Made by a program: the position numbers and the translations under genes
Source of the DNA: a virus
Lineage: Duplodnaviria > Caudoviricetes
DNA length: 56,300 nt
Reading direction: 5' to 3' (one strand)
Virus record (IMG/VR): IMGVR_UViG_3300029442_000006
Location: 1 to 56,300 of that record
Shown here: in pieces, positions 1 through 9,605 of the stretch
Layout: each line of letters opens with the position of its first letter
Position numbering within the stretch: position 1 is the first letter of the stretch
The notes under the pieces: model-generated
Databases searched by the model: none
Seen by the model: the letters and a program-made list of their open reading frames with translations, nothing else
What the model was told of the DNA's origin: nothing

Positions 1-441
1 GGGGGGTTTCGGGCCCGCAACCCACTCGTCAATGGCTTTGCGCGTGTCGCGCTGGGTAGATGGTAACTTAATACCGGTTTCCTCGGTGAAGATTTTACGG
101 GATAGCGGGTTGCCAATATCGAGGATAGCTTTTAAGGCGTTGGGGTCTTTGGCCTCGATCGCCGCCGTCAACCGTTCCAGCGTCTTGGGGGCGACCTGCT
201 CACGGATTGGTAGCGCATCCACCCACTTGCGATATTCCTGCGCGTACTGGTCTTTCTTCGGTGACTTCGCCATCTCCGCCAACGTCATTCCTTTGGATGC
301 TGCAAAGCGGTCTTGTAGGGTTGTCGCTACTACTGGCGCTGGCTCCGCTGCTGGGGGCTGCGCTACGGGCGGGGCGGGGGGTTGGGAGGCAAGCCATTCC
401 GTGTACTCTGCCTGCAACTGCTGTTGCTGGTCTGGCGGCAA
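1..441. repeat. Terminal redundancy with the right end: 365-441 = 56224-56300 (77 nt exact); 1-341 similar to 54942-55282 (about 10 mostly synonymous mismatches)
   Basis: Direct alignment by eye. Confidence 0.95.
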
Positions 442-2652
442 CGCTCGCGCTTGCTCCATTGTCATTCCACGTTCAGCCAAGAACTTCACTTGCGTCTCGC
501 GCGCTTCACCAACTGCGCGTAAAACGTCGGCTCCCGGCCCGGCGGGCTGTGTCGTTGCGAGTTTAGGTGAGGCAGCGGGAGCTTGAGGCGGGACAGGCGC
601 GACGGCGGGAGTAGCGGTTAAATCGCTGGAGTGTAGCACCCCTTGAAAATCTTGCGGGACTTGACCGGCTTTCTTCGCTTGCTCTAAAGCCGCTTCACGA
701 GTCAACGAATTTCCGTTCTCGTCAATAAATCCAAATTCCTTAGCCTCCCTCTGCTGCGGTGTCGTCCCTTTTAATGACGGGTCTAACGCGGCGTGACCGG
801 CTTCCAATCTACCGGTGTGCATCCAATTGTTTGCATCAATCCAAAACACCCCTGTAATCGGCGTAGCTTCATTACCCTCCAATGCCGCGCTATGCTTCTT
901 CAGAAGCTCCTCTAATGCCGGCGAGATTGCAGGTTTCACTTCCGCCCCGGCACCTACTACCGGCGTTACGGGCTGTGTTGTAGTAGTCGGTGCTTGCGTA
1001 GCATCGTTTGTAGGTTCAGTCCCAGCTTTGGTAGCATCGGCACCGGGGGCAGAAGTGATCAGTAAATTAGGAATAACAGGAGAAGAAGACGCTTTATTAT
1101 TTCCTGCGGGTGGGGCGTCTTTCTTAACCGGTGTCCACTTTGTCGTGCGATTCATCAGGAGGCCATCTAAATACGCCTTTACCCTCTCCGGTCTGTCCTC
1201 GTGGACGATGAAATCCTCAATCGCCTCAATCGTCTTTTGGATTTCGCCCTCTGGTATTTCAAGTCTCTTCAGTCCGTCGTAAATCCATTTCTTAATATCA
1301 CTACCGCGAACATCGTCAAACTTACGCTGGACAACTTCTTGACCTTCGTGTAGGTAAAATCTTTCGTCAAAAATGGGCTGTTTCCATTTATCTAAAACGG
1401 GTTTTCCGCTACCATCTTTCTGTTCTACCGAACCTTCCCAGCCCTGTCTCCCATCCGGTTTTGTGACAAATTTGTAACCTGTAATGTCAACTAACTTATC
1501 TCCCGCGAAGACATAATTTCTTGTCTTTCCCTTCTCGTAAATCACTTTCTTTGAAAGAGGCCCGGAATCACTATTAAACGAATGCTTGGCACTTTGAATT
1601 GCAAACAGTGAATCTCCTAACGCACTCGGCGCATGTTTCGCGGCTGCTTCAAAATTACCATTCGCCAACTCGCGTAACATTTCAGCCGAATTCTCGTAGG
1701 AACCGGCGGCCATCTGCAATCCGAACCCAGCCCCAACCACTCGCTGCATACTTTCCGGGAGGCCGCCAGTACCAACGGCCATTAGGGCTAACATTTCCGG
1801 CTCGCCCATTGCATTGAGCCATTCACGCGCCCCCTGCTGAAGCGAATCACCAAAGCGTGAGAGTCTATCAATTCTGTCCGCCTTTGGCAGGCCCGCAAGC
1901 GACCGATGAAAGTCATCAAGTTTAACGTCCGCATCAGCCTTTGGCATTATTTTGACCAGCCAATCACCAAACGGAACCTTCAACGGCTCCTGCGCTTGCG
2001 ACTGCAATCCGGCAACTGCATAAGAAATCGGAGCCGTCACCGGTAACGCTAGACCTTGACCAACCGCTGACAAGGCTTGTACCAAAGCGTCAATCGGATG
2101 CCCGGACTTTAGGGTTTTACCAGCTTCATAACTTTGCTGAAATGGTTTGAGAATTTTATCTTTCGTCTCAGGCGGTAGCAGATTGTCCCACGGTTGCGGT
2201 TGACGAGTTGGAGTCCGTTTAGCTTCCGGGCTGTTTTCGTAAGCCTTACCCTCTGCAAGCTCAAAGGGGGTAGGTGAGCGAAGTGTTGGAGGACGGTTGA
2301 TTTCCGCATCCAACTGCTCCTTTTTCAACCAGCCGAACGGTATTGATTGATTGAGTTGGGTAATCTGATTTCCGAGTTCCTGTATATTGGGGGGATTAGG
2401 AACCCTAGTCTTCTCGGCTGCGGCAACTGGAGTAACAATCGGAGCGATTGCTTTAGCGATCGGCTGAACCCCCGGAGTTCCATTGCTTCGGATGCCAGCC
2501 GGCCCGTTGCTGGCAAGCACTACCCCCGACGGCTTGACCGGAGCCTGTGCCTTGAATTGCTTAACGAAATCCCCCGCCGTAATCGGTTGCGATGGGGATG
2601 GGGTCGTGGTAGGTGAGGTCTTAAACGAATCAACAAATTCTTGGGCTGTCAT
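1..2652 (-). CDS. N-terminal part (884 codons, runs off the left edge) of the giant DarB-like polyvalent virion protein
   Basis: ATG at 2652 (MTAQEFVDSFKTSP...), 9 nt after the stop of the 2662-4077 gene; frame checked by hand with no stop down to position 1. Codons 441-365 are identical to and in frame with 56300-56224, so it joins the 5240-aa ORF. Missing from the ORF track because it has no stop in the window. Confidence 0.9.
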   Translation of the reverse strand, partial: MTAQEFVDSFKTSPTTTPSPSQPITAGDFVKQFKAQAPVKPSGVVLASNGPAGIRSNGTPGVQPIAKAIAPIVTPVAAAEKTRVPNPPNIQELGNQITQLNQSIPFGWLKKEQLDAEINRPPTLRSPTPFELAEGKAYENSPEAKRTPTRQPQPWDNLLPPETKDKILKPFQQSYEAGKTLKSGHPIDALVQALSAVGQGLALPVTAPISYAVAGLQSQAQEPLKVPFGDWLVKIMPKADADVKLDDFHRSLAGLPKADRIDRLSRFGDSLQQGAREWLNAMGEPEMLALMAVGTGGLPESMQRVVGAGFGLQMAAGSYENSAEMLRELANGNFEAAAKHAPSALGDSLFAIQSAKHSFNSDSGPLSKKVIYEKGKTRNYVFAGDKLVDITGYKFVTKPDGRQGWEGSVEQKDGSGKPVLDKWKQPIFDERFYLHEGQEVVQRKFDDVRGSDIKKWIYDGLKRLEIPEGEIQKTIEAIEDFIVHEDRPERVKAYLDGLLMNRTTKWTPVKKDAPPAGNNKASSSPVIPNLLITSAPGADATKAGTEPTNDATQAPTTTTQPVTPVVGAGAEVKPAISPALEELLKKHSAALEGNEATPITGVFWIDANNWMHTGRLEAGHAALDPSLKGTTPQQREAKEFGFIDENGNSLTREAALEQAKKAGQVPQDFQGVLHSSDLTATPAVAPVPPQAPAASPKLATTQPAGPGADVLRAVGEARETQVKFLAERGMTMEQARALPPDQQQQLQAEYTEWLASQPPAPPVAQPPAAEPAPVVATTLQDRFAASKGMTLAEMAKSPKKDQYAQEYRKWVDALPIREQVAPKTLERLTAAIEAKDPNALKAILDIGNPLSRKIFTEETGIKLPSTQRDTRKAIDEWVAGPKPP

Positions 2653-2661
2653 GGGATTAGA

Positions 2662-4077
2662 TTATTCGCGTTCTTCAATCACTCTTTGAATTGCTTCCGC
2701 TGCATCTATACCTTCTTCTTCAATCATCATTTTGGCGCGTTTCTGCTCTTCCACCGTAATGACGACCGGGGCGATTTCATCCGGCAAATCTATTTCAACT
2801 TTCGGTTGCGCCCCGGTTAAATCATTCCAAGCCTTTGCCAAACGGCCTTGCGGTTTAGCGACTGGCGTTGGAGCCGTTACACCACCAGCGGCAGGCGGTG
2901 TTCCTGCTGTTGAAAGGGTAAAAGCCGGAGCCGCCGCTTTCGCATAAGCCGTCGCTTCATCCATGTTCTGTGATTCTTTTCCTTGAAAATCGGAAATTGC
3001 ATTATTGATATGCTTTAATTTAATCAGAGCTTGTTGTCCTAATGCCTGCCCTTTATATAGCTCTGCATCTGTCTCATATTTAGTCCTCTCTTTAAGAAGG
3101 GAGGTCGGGATTTTCCTTTGGTGTGAACCGTATTCTACGTCATTGATTTGCTTGAGTGCTGCCAAGAATGGAATGTTCTGGTCATGCGCCATCCGCCATG
3201 CCGCTGCTACCCTTGTAGAGCCAGACTGTTCTTTATTTTTTGTCAGGTTTGGTGTGAAATACCCGCCGCGTGGATTCTTAGTCTCTACTCCACCACCGGA
3301 TGACTTCATACTCGCAGGGATAGCCGTCAACGGATTGCTCACAGCCTGCTGGATTAAGTCAGACTCACCCTCACCAGCTTCCTCATTACCGCCCACGTCT
3401 AGGACTGGATAACCTAACTGTTTTGCTATCGCTTCGTATTGTTTTTTAGACTGATCTAAATCCTTGCTGTTTGGATAAATTTGTTCCCAAAGTTTTAGAG
3501 ACTTCTCCATTAACTTCTGATTGTTTCCGTTTGCGTAATTCTTGAACCTCGCCAATTCAGCCCCAGCCTCGGCATCGGGTAATCCCCACTTTAAGGATTC
3601 TCTTGCTCTTTCAGCGTTGTATTGCTGAATCATCTCCTGCTGATCGGTGTAACGCTTTTGATGCTCCCGCGCCGCCACATTGGACGGGGTATCAATCATC
3701 CCGGCAATCTCTGGATGACGCGGGAAAGCCACGCGCAGCAATCCAGTTAAAATCTTATCCCACGGGCCGTCCTTCGGTTCTGGAGTTGGTTGGGTGTTTT
3801 CGTAAGGTGAAAGATTGCGCGAACCTTCAGGCATGGTCGGCATTGGCGCAGAATTAGGCCACGGAGCCGGTGATGTCGGTTGCATGGGTGGCGGAACATT
3901 ATTTACCACCGGTTGCGGCACGGGTGAGGGAACCACCGGAGCTTTAGGTATGGAAGCGGGCTGCTGTGGCTGTTGCGGTTGTCCATCTGGCGGCGGTTGG
4001 TTGCCAGTGAAAAAGCGCATAATCCCCGGCAAGGCATTCATTACCTCTGGAGGTAACTCAATAGTCCCATCTGACAT
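2662..4077 (-). CDS. Putative internal virion/ejection protein (471 aa, Pro/Gln-rich N-terminus)
   Basis: Long ORF between the small ejection-like genes and the giant protein, the usual podovirus position; no family motif recognised. Confidence 0.55.
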   Translation of the reverse strand: MSDGTIELPPEVMNALPGIMRFFTGNQPPPDGQPQQPQQPASIPKAPVVPSPVPQPVVNNVPPPMQPTSPAPWPNSAPMPTMPEGSRNLSPYENTQPTPEPKDGPWDKILTGLLRVAFPRHPEIAGMIDTPSNVAAREHQKRYTDQQEMIQQYNAERARESLKWGLPDAEAGAELARFKNYANGNNQKLMEKSLKLWEQIYPNSKDLDQSKKQYEAIAKQLGYPVLDVGGNEEAGEGESDLIQQAVSNPLTAIPASMKSSGGGVETKNPRGGYFTPNLTKNKEQSGSTRVAAAWRMAHDQNIPFLAALKQINDVEYGSHQRKIPTSLLKERTKYETDAELYKGQALGQQALIKLKHINNAISDFQGKESQNMDEATAYAKAAAPAFTLSTAGTPPAAGGVTAPTPVAKPQGRLAKAWNDLTGAQPKVEIDLPDEIAPVVITVEEQKRAKMMIEEEGIDAAEAIQRVIEERE

Positions 4078-4079
4078 GA

Positions 4080-4541
4080 TTAAAGCACTCCTTGCACCTG
4101 AATCAGTTGATCGTGAATCGCGGGCTGTTGATTCATCATTGCGTCATTTTGGGATAACAATTTACGATTCCAGTCAGTTGCCTTTTGTGCGCCACCGCCC
4201 CAGCCGTGAGCAAATTTATTGACCTCTCCCATCTTTTTTAGAAAAGGATTTTCCTGAGGGCTAGATGTCGCCGGGATTGTCTTCAAAGGTTCCGACGTTG
4301 GCTGAAACGGATTCGTTTGCGGATAAGCAGCATTGACAGTGCCTCCCGGTTGAATCAATGGAGCCGCAGAAGGTTGCACCGGTTGCTGGGATTTTCCACT
4401 TGCCGAACTACTTTGGTTGGTGACGGCATCATCTACCTTGACCTTGTTAAGTCCCAAAGCATCCTTCATTTTGTCAAACGAAGCTCCGCTATTATCTTGC
4501 TTCGGTTTGTTTCTGCTCAAGACCGCAGTTAAGCATGACAT
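4080..4541 (-). CDS. Hypothetical virion-associated protein (153 aa, starts MSCL)
   Basis: AAGGAGA RBS; low-complexity Q/P/S; paralog of 4554-4832. Confidence 0.65.
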   Translation of the reverse strand: MSCLTAVLSRNKPKQDNSGASFDKMKDALGLNKVKVDDAVTNQSSSASGKSQQPVQPSAAPLIQPGGTVNAAYPQTNPFQPTSEPLKTIPATSSPQENPFLKKMGEVNKFAHGWGGGAQKATDWNRKLLSQNDAMMNQQPAIHDQLIQVQGVL

Positions 4542-4553
4542 AGTGTGTTCTCC

Positions 4554-4832
4554 TTAAAAACCCATCGAACCATTTCCAGTGGTTTGTTGGGAGTCAGTTT
4601 GTGCGTCACCGCCCCAGCCGTGATCAAATTTATTGACCTCTCCCATCTTTTTTAAATGATTTCCCTGAGGGCTAGATGTCGCCGGGTTCAAATGCTTCGA
4701 CTTTGGCTGAAACGGATTCGTTTGCGGATAAGCAGCATTGACAGTGCCTCCCGGTTGAATCAATGGAGCCGCAGAAGGTTGCACCGGTTGCTGGGATTTT
4801 CCACTTGCCGAACTACTTTGTAAGCATGACAT
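4554..4832 (-). CDS. Chimeric duplicate protein (92 aa): body copied from 4080-4541, C-terminus copied from 4844-5506
   Basis: QSSSASGKSQQPVQPSAAPLIQPGGTVNAAYPQTNPFQP is identical to the neighbour; TDSQQTTGNGSMGF resembles TDSNQTTGNVSMGF; same RBS and intergenic sequence. Confidence 0.65.
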   Translation of the reverse strand: MSCLQSSSASGKSQQPVQPSAAPLIQPGGTVNAAYPQTNPFQPKSKHLNPATSSPQGNHLKKMGEVNKFDHGWGGDAQTDSQQTTGNGSMGF

Positions 4833-4843
4833 ATGTGTTCTCC

Positions 4844-5506
4844 TTAAAAACCCATCGAAACATTTCCAGTGGTTTGATTTGAGTCAGTGACCGTGGACAA
4901 CCCCTTCAACTGACTGCCGATTGCTAGGGCTTGATTTAATGCTTGGTTTTCCTGCGACTGCGCTTGATTCACAGCACCGCTCTGGAGGCCAAGCTGCTGC
5001 GAGTAGTCCGCCTGCTTGTTCGCCTCTTGCTGGGCATAATTCTGTTCGGCAATGTTTTGAGCTTGGGTGTAGGCCGTGTTTTCCAAACCAGCCACTTGAC
5101 CGGTCACATCCGCCGCACTCTGCCGCGCGGCCTGTCCTGCCGCCGCTTGTGCGCCGCTTGAGTCAAGCATTCCCGCTGATTGTGCGCCGCCTTGAATCTG
5201 CGCTAAAGCATTCGCAAACGATTGCTGCCCGGCCAACTCAGTCGCGCCCACCGCATTGGATAAGGCTGGGTTGTTCACTGGATCAAACGCTCCGGGAGTC
5301 GGTGCGGCTGAAAAAATACCTTGCAAAGTGTTATTCACCAAATCCGTCGAAGCAACTTTTTCCGCCCCTCCCGAAGGATCGTACTGGTTTACTGCCTCGA
5401 CGCCCTTCGGCGCGAAACTCTTAAAGAAGGGAACCGACCACTCCGGCATATTGTTCACATTGGTCGTTCCACTCGAACTTGACATTCCACCAGATACGCA
5501 ACTCAT
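4844..5506 (-). CDS. Putative DNA ejection/pilot protein (220 aa, Ala/Gln/Gly-rich)
   Basis: MSCVSGGMSSSSGTTNVNNMPEWSVP start and A/Q-rich helical body, typical of podovirus pilot proteins; position. Confidence 0.55.
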   Translation of the reverse strand: MSCVSGGMSSSSGTTNVNNMPEWSVPFFKSFAPKGVEAVNQYDPSGGAEKVASTDLVNNTLQGIFSAAPTPGAFDPVNNPALSNAVGATELAGQQSFANALAQIQGGAQSAGMLDSSGAQAAAGQAARQSAADVTGQVAGLENTAYTQAQNIAEQNYAQQEANKQADYSQQLGLQSGAVNQAQSQENQALNQALAIGSQLKGLSTVTDSNQTTGNVSMGF

Positions 5507-6489
5507 TGTTGACCTACCTTGTCGTTTCGTTGTTTGAGAGCCTCCGCAATCGCATACAACTGTGTGCTGAACTGCTGTTGTTTTGCCTGTCCGCCGAGTA
5601 GGTAAGCCACGGCGAGCGGCACTTCGGTATAAAGTCGGTACGCCAATTCATGTCGCGGGCGACCGTTGCTGTACTCCCACGCCTGAATCACATTCGCAAT
5701 GGTTGGAGCGAGCAAAACTTTCGCATTCTGGTAGAACGTGTTCGTCGGCCATTTCAACAGAATGTTGGAAAGGCACGAGTTCATAATCGCCACATCCACC
5801 TTGTCGCCATCCAAAACGTGATCCCACGTCGAAGAAAGATTGAACAAATCAATCAACCACTGCTCCACTTCGGCGTTCCCCGCGCAAAGCTCATGGATGA
5901 CTGCGTAAAAATCCAAATGAATTTGAGACGGCTGGTAAGCCTCTCGAACCGCCCGACGGATGTTTGTATTGTATTCCGGCTCGGTCTTCTCAAAAATCAT
6001 ATTCACCCGGAAGGTTTTCAACAGATGATACCGCTTCCGATTAAACGGAAGGTTGAGGTGGTTGTAAATCCGCGCCATTACTGACTCATCATCCAACTGA
6101 TCAAAGTTCACGGAATACCCGCGAGTTCCAATCAAATCACTGCAAAGCTCTAATTTGTCCGAATAGAACCGGATTTGATGCTCGGTAAGCTTTCGGTCGG
6201 GGAAAGCGTGGTTGTAACTGGTGAGGCATTCATCGGCAGGGCGGTGAACAAACAACCACGGCGCATCGGGGAATAACCCGTTAATTTGCTCCCACGAAGT
6301 GAGCAGGGCGGCTCCACAATCGCCCACCGACTTAAATTCGCGGTCGGAGAGCTTGTTTTGATACTGCTCCAACCCGTCCACCGTAGCCACCGCTTCATGG
6401 TAACAGATCGCCTCCCCATCGCTGAAAAGATTAGAAAGCCATGTCGAGCGTGTCCGACAAAGCCCAGCTATGAAAAATTGTTTAGTCAT
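5503..6489 (-). CDS. Fusion: P-loop sulfotransferase-like N-domain plus helical isoprenoid-synthase-like (DDxxD-type) C-domain
   Basis: FFIAGLCRTRSTWLSNLF...CYHEA resembles the sulfotransferase PSB loop (GxxRSxTxW); STWDHVLDGD...WPTNTFY resembles phage WDDLIDGD proteins. Start moved to the ATG at 6489, downstream of the sigma-54 motif. Confidence 0.55.
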   Translation of the reverse strand: MTKQFFIAGLCRTRSTWLSNLFSDGEAICYHEAVATVDGLEQYQNKLSDREFKSVGDCGAALLTSWEQINGLFPDAPWLFVHRPADECLTSYNHAFPDRKLTEHQIRFYSDKLELCSDLIGTRGYSVNFDQLDDESVMARIYNHLNLPFNRKRYHLLKTFRVNMIFEKTEPEYNTNIRRAVREAYQPSQIHLDFYAVIHELCAGNAEVEQWLIDLFNLSSTWDHVLDGDKVDVAIMNSCLSNILLKWPTNTFYQNAKVLLAPTIANVIQAWEYSNGRPRHELAYRLYTEVPLAVAYLLGGQAKQQQFSTQLYAIAEALKQRNDKVGQQ

Positions 6490-6496
6490 GCCACTT

Positions 6497-6518
6497 ACTA
6501 CTGCAACTTTCGGGCCGA
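6497..6518 (-). promoter_or_regulatory. Sigma-54 (-24/-12) late promoter P1
   Basis: TCGGCCCGAAAGTTGCAGTAGT; GG-N10-GC; intergenic; one of four copies. Confidence 0.85.
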
Positions 6519-6524
6519 GTTTTG

Positions 6525-6791
6525 TTAAAAGCTGTTTATGACGTTCCATTTGATCCAAAGGTTGTTCTGCACGCAGAGGTAAAGCGTGCCAGATTGATAA
6601 GCCACATCTCCCGCCGTTCCTGCGCCTGTGCTGGTCGCCGGTGGCGTAGGAACTAGGCGCAAGGTGGTGGCTTCAATTCGGTTTAAGTCCGTCCAAATGT
6701 TGTTATGTTCATCCCGCAAATCCTTCAATAACCGTTGCGGAGGAAGGACATCCTTAAACGGTGCTTGCTGGGGGGTGCGTAACCCGGTCAT
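6525..6791 (-). CDS. Small tail-associated protein (88 aa)
   Basis: TAATG overlap with the upstream gene; PATSTGAGTAGDVAYQSGTLYLCVQNNLW resembles a common short phage fibre module. Confidence 0.6.
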   Translation of the reverse strand: MTGLRTPQQAPFKDVLPPQRLLKDLRDEHNNIWTDLNRIEATTLRLVPTPPATSTGAGTAGDVAYQSGTLYLCVQNNLWIKWNVINSF

Positions 6792-8356
6792 TAGTGTTGC
6801 CCTCGCGCTCGAAAACTCGGCGCATACGAACCTAACGAGAAAAATCCACCCACCTTTTTGAAAGTAATCTGAAACCACCGACCGCTAACCGTAAAATCAA
6901 TCCGCGCCGGCCCGTAGCATTGCCCCACTAATTGCGGAACCGCATTCTGATCATTGATTTCATCAAAAGCGGTCACGTACACCTGCAATGGTGCTTCCGT
7001 GTTCGGAATCGGTAGCAGGTCAACCCGCAAGCCGTCCATGATTTTATAAACACTCTCATCACCGAAATCTATCAACCCGCTTGTCAGGACTGCCGTATTC
7101 GTGCCGGTAACACCCGCCGGTTCGTACAGGTAGAGAAAGCCTCCCGAATCTCCGACATAGCTCTTCTGGTCAAGCTGCGTCTCCGGTTTGACCCACGGAG
7201 TATCGCCGCCATCTACCCATGTCCCTGACTGAGAATCCCAAGTCTTATTTAGGGAAGGGGGGAGCGACATCTCTGCGGCAGTAAAAGGAAAGTCACGAGT
7301 ATAAAACGCATCGTTGTCGAGGTCGTACACCAATGCCTGCGCGGGGCTGCCATCCAGATTCCAGAACCCCGTCCAAATAATTTCTTTCTGATTCGGATTC
7401 CAAAAACCCCAGCACTCGCTCAAACGTGTTTGGTCAATCTGTTGCAACCACCAATTCCACACCCGATCCCCCATTGCGTGTGGTGTTCCGTCAAAGGTGT
7501 AAATGTTGTCATTGCCAATAAAATAAAGCCGGTCGCCTTGCTTATCGCTCACCGTGATTACGCTGGCTCCGCTCGGCGTTCCGGTTCGGCTGCTCACCTG
7601 CTGCCGTTGATAAACTAATTGCCCGCTCACGTAGGTAACGGCATGAATCGAGGCCTGTTTGAAAATAATCAGGTAATCACCCAGCTTGCGTAACGCCATC
7701 ACGGATGAGTTCTCACCCGGCACCAAGAAACTCCGCGCTTCATGCGTCAAATCTACTGTATTCCAATACTGAGTATTTCCCAACGCACTCCCCATGACCG
7801 ATTGCGGCAAGTCCGAGCCACCGCCTAACCCACCGACAAGCAGATGGTTTTGGTAGTCCGTAATGTATCTCCCCACTGGAACATTGCCGGCGGTTAGAAT
7901 TGACGGATCAAGCCCCGGAGGTTTTACCGCCGTCAACGGCACAAGGTTCCCGTCTGCCCCTTGAATCCACTGGATCGGGTCTGTGCCATTCGTAAAGTAA
8001 GCGTTATTCAGAAGTGACGCCATCTCCCAGCGATAGATTCTAGTCCCATGAAAATCCGCTGTGTTCAGCCTTGTCAGAGACTCCCCATCGTTTTTTACCT
8101 TGTAAAGCGACTGATTGGTTCCCACAATCATCATCGTGGAATCAGAGAAAAACGGAGCCATTTTGATAAAGGTCAATGCCCCGTCAATAGTTTGCACCAA
8201 TGCGGTGACGCCACCCACCATCTCAATCCGCCCCTTGAACGAGCGCACATTGCTCGCCACCGCCCAACTTCCTTGCGGCAACTCCCATTCCGGTACGGTC
8301 GTGACAATCCCCTTAATCGGGCTACCCACACGCAGGGATGTAAACCGGGTTGCCAT
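6791..8356 (-). CDS. Tail nozzle / head-closure (stabilisation) protein, 521 aa
   Basis: Beta-rich (propeller-like) sequence; N-terminal GIVTTVPEWELPQGSWAVASNVR and C-terminal GRWFQITF resemble P22 gp10/T7 gp12-type proteins; position before the ejection genes. Confidence 0.65.
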   Translation of the reverse strand: MATRFTSLRVGSPIKGIVTTVPEWELPQGSWAVASNVRSFKGRIEMVGGVTALVQTIDGALTFIKMAPFFSDSTMMIVGTNQSLYKVKNDGESLTRLNTADFHGTRIYRWEMASLLNNAYFTNGTDPIQWIQGADGNLVPLTAVKPPGLDPSILTAGNVPVGRYITDYQNHLLVGGLGGGSDLPQSVMGSALGNTQYWNTVDLTHEARSFLVPGENSSVMALRKLGDYLIIFKQASIHAVTYVSGQLVYQRQQVSSRTGTPSGASVITVSDKQGDRLYFIGNDNIYTFDGTPHAMGDRVWNWWLQQIDQTRLSECWGFWNPNQKEIIWTGFWNLDGSPAQALVYDLDNDAFYTRDFPFTAAEMSLPPSLNKTWDSQSGTWVDGGDTPWVKPETQLDQKSYVGDSGGFLYLYEPAGVTGTNTAVLTSGLIDFGDESVYKIMDGLRVDLLPIPNTEAPLQVYVTAFDEINDQNAVPQLVGQCYGPARIDFTVSGRWFQITFKKVGGFFSLGSYAPSFRARGQH

Positions 8357-8360
8357 GTTA

Positions 8361-9482
8361 TCAATTCAACTTGAGAAAGGTCATCGAACTGCCAGCTTTT
8401 AAGTAAAGATTGACAGCAGATTTTTTGGCTTGGCTCCACACGAGCGAAAAATCATTTGTCGCTGAATTTAGGTTGAACAGCGTCCCTTTGAAGTGAACAA
8501 AAGTATAAAACGCAGCTATAGAATCATCGACCATGATATTACAAGTTGTAGATAGTATATTTGTTCCGAAAGCGGCTTGCTGTGCATTCGTCCAATAAGA
8601 AGGATACCGTGCAAACCAATTCCATTGCGTGAGAATAAACGAATCAATAGATTCTTGAACATTAAATCTGAAATTTGTTCCTGAAAAAGCGATTTCAATA
8701 AACCCACTATTGACGGCATTGGTTTGTGAAAAATATAAATTCCCTTCCACCAAGTAAGTAGCGTTGCTTTCCATCGTAAAACTTAAATCCGGATCCACTG
8801 CGGCATAATTTGTGATGTTGGTAAAATTGCTCCTTACTGTATCGTTACTTTTCACCAAGCAGACAGGGGTTTTAACTCGGCTTGTAAATGCGGTGACGTT
8901 GGAGTTAATGATAGTCTGAACGTAAGTGGTGACTGAGTTCGTATCAAACGGAGGAACATTGGTTGAAATTAAAACGGTGTTACTGCCGCTGCCGCCTGAA
9001 AACAATTGAAAGTTCGTTCCGTCAAAGACTGTTTTATAGAATTGATCAGCCACAATCGCGCCAGTCGTCAACGCATTGGTTCCAATAATGATCGGAACCG
9101 CACCAATCGGGTAGCTGTTCCCGTTCAAAACCTGTAAAGTCGTCGCCCCGGAGTTGTTGTATGCCGCTTTGAAAGTGAACTCCATGCCTGCGTCGTAATT
9201 GGTGTAGGTAAAGGGAACACTTAATTGAACAGCATTGGCCACACCTGAATCCACCGCAAACAACCGAATCTCGCGCCCATCCAAGTAATGCCCCCGGTTC
9301 GACCAGTCAATAATCGCCGCCTTCAGAGTACGAATCTGCGCCGCACCATCGCTGTACGAATCGTTGTTGAATGGGCGAGAGGGATCAATGTTGACCAAAC
9401 CCGGTGCCGTATAGTTTAGCTGACCATGCGCCAGCACCGCTGTCATAATCCAAATACTTCCAATGAGTCGTGCGATTTTCAT
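8361..9482 (-). CDS. Tail fibre-like protein with N-terminal signal peptide
   Basis: DSGVANAVQLSVP..YDAGMEFTFKAAYNNSGATTLQV resembles a common phage fibre module; MKIARLIGSIWIMTAVLAHG|Q resembles a Sec signal. Confidence 0.6.
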   Translation of the reverse strand: MKIARLIGSIWIMTAVLAHGQLNYTAPGLVNIDPSRPFNNDSYSDGAAQIRTLKAAIIDWSNRGHYLDGREIRLFAVDSGVANAVQLSVPFTYTNYDAGMEFTFKAAYNNSGATTLQVLNGNSYPIGAVPIIIGTNALTTGAIVADQFYKTVFDGTNFQLFSGGSGSNTVLISTNVPPFDTNSVTTYVQTIINSNVTAFTSRVKTPVCLVKSNDTVRSNFTNITNYAAVDPDLSFTMESNATYLVEGNLYFSQTNAVNSGFIEIAFSGTNFRFNVQESIDSFILTQWNWFARYPSYWTNAQQAAFGTNILSTTCNIMVDDSIAAFYTFVHFKGTLFNLNSATNDFSLVWSQAKKSAVNLYLKAGSSMTFLKLN

Positions 9483-9605
9483 TTTACTTTTCTCCATTCA
9501 CGAAGCCACGGCGATGGGTTGCTTACCCGCTGGACGAGTGGAAAGCGGAGGCTAAGACACCCTTTCCAGACAACAACCCACCGCCGATAAACCTCGATTT
9601 TTTGT

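Noticed and set aside
1586-1603. TTGGCACTTTGAATTGCA, sigma-54-like on the plus strand
   Set aside because: GG-N11-GC spacing is wrong; intragenic and antisense
32-2616. Plus-strand ORFs (32-586, 815-1282, 2347-2616 and others)
   Set aside because: Shadows of the uninterrupted minus-strand frame 2652->1
6490-6558. N-terminal extension of the 5503-6558 ORF in the track
   Set aside because: Overlaps the upstream gene and runs through promoter P1; the ATG at 6489 fits better
9068-9077. Second TnpB guide target TCAACGCATT
   Set aside because: Only 10 nt match and no TTCAT upstream; expected by chance
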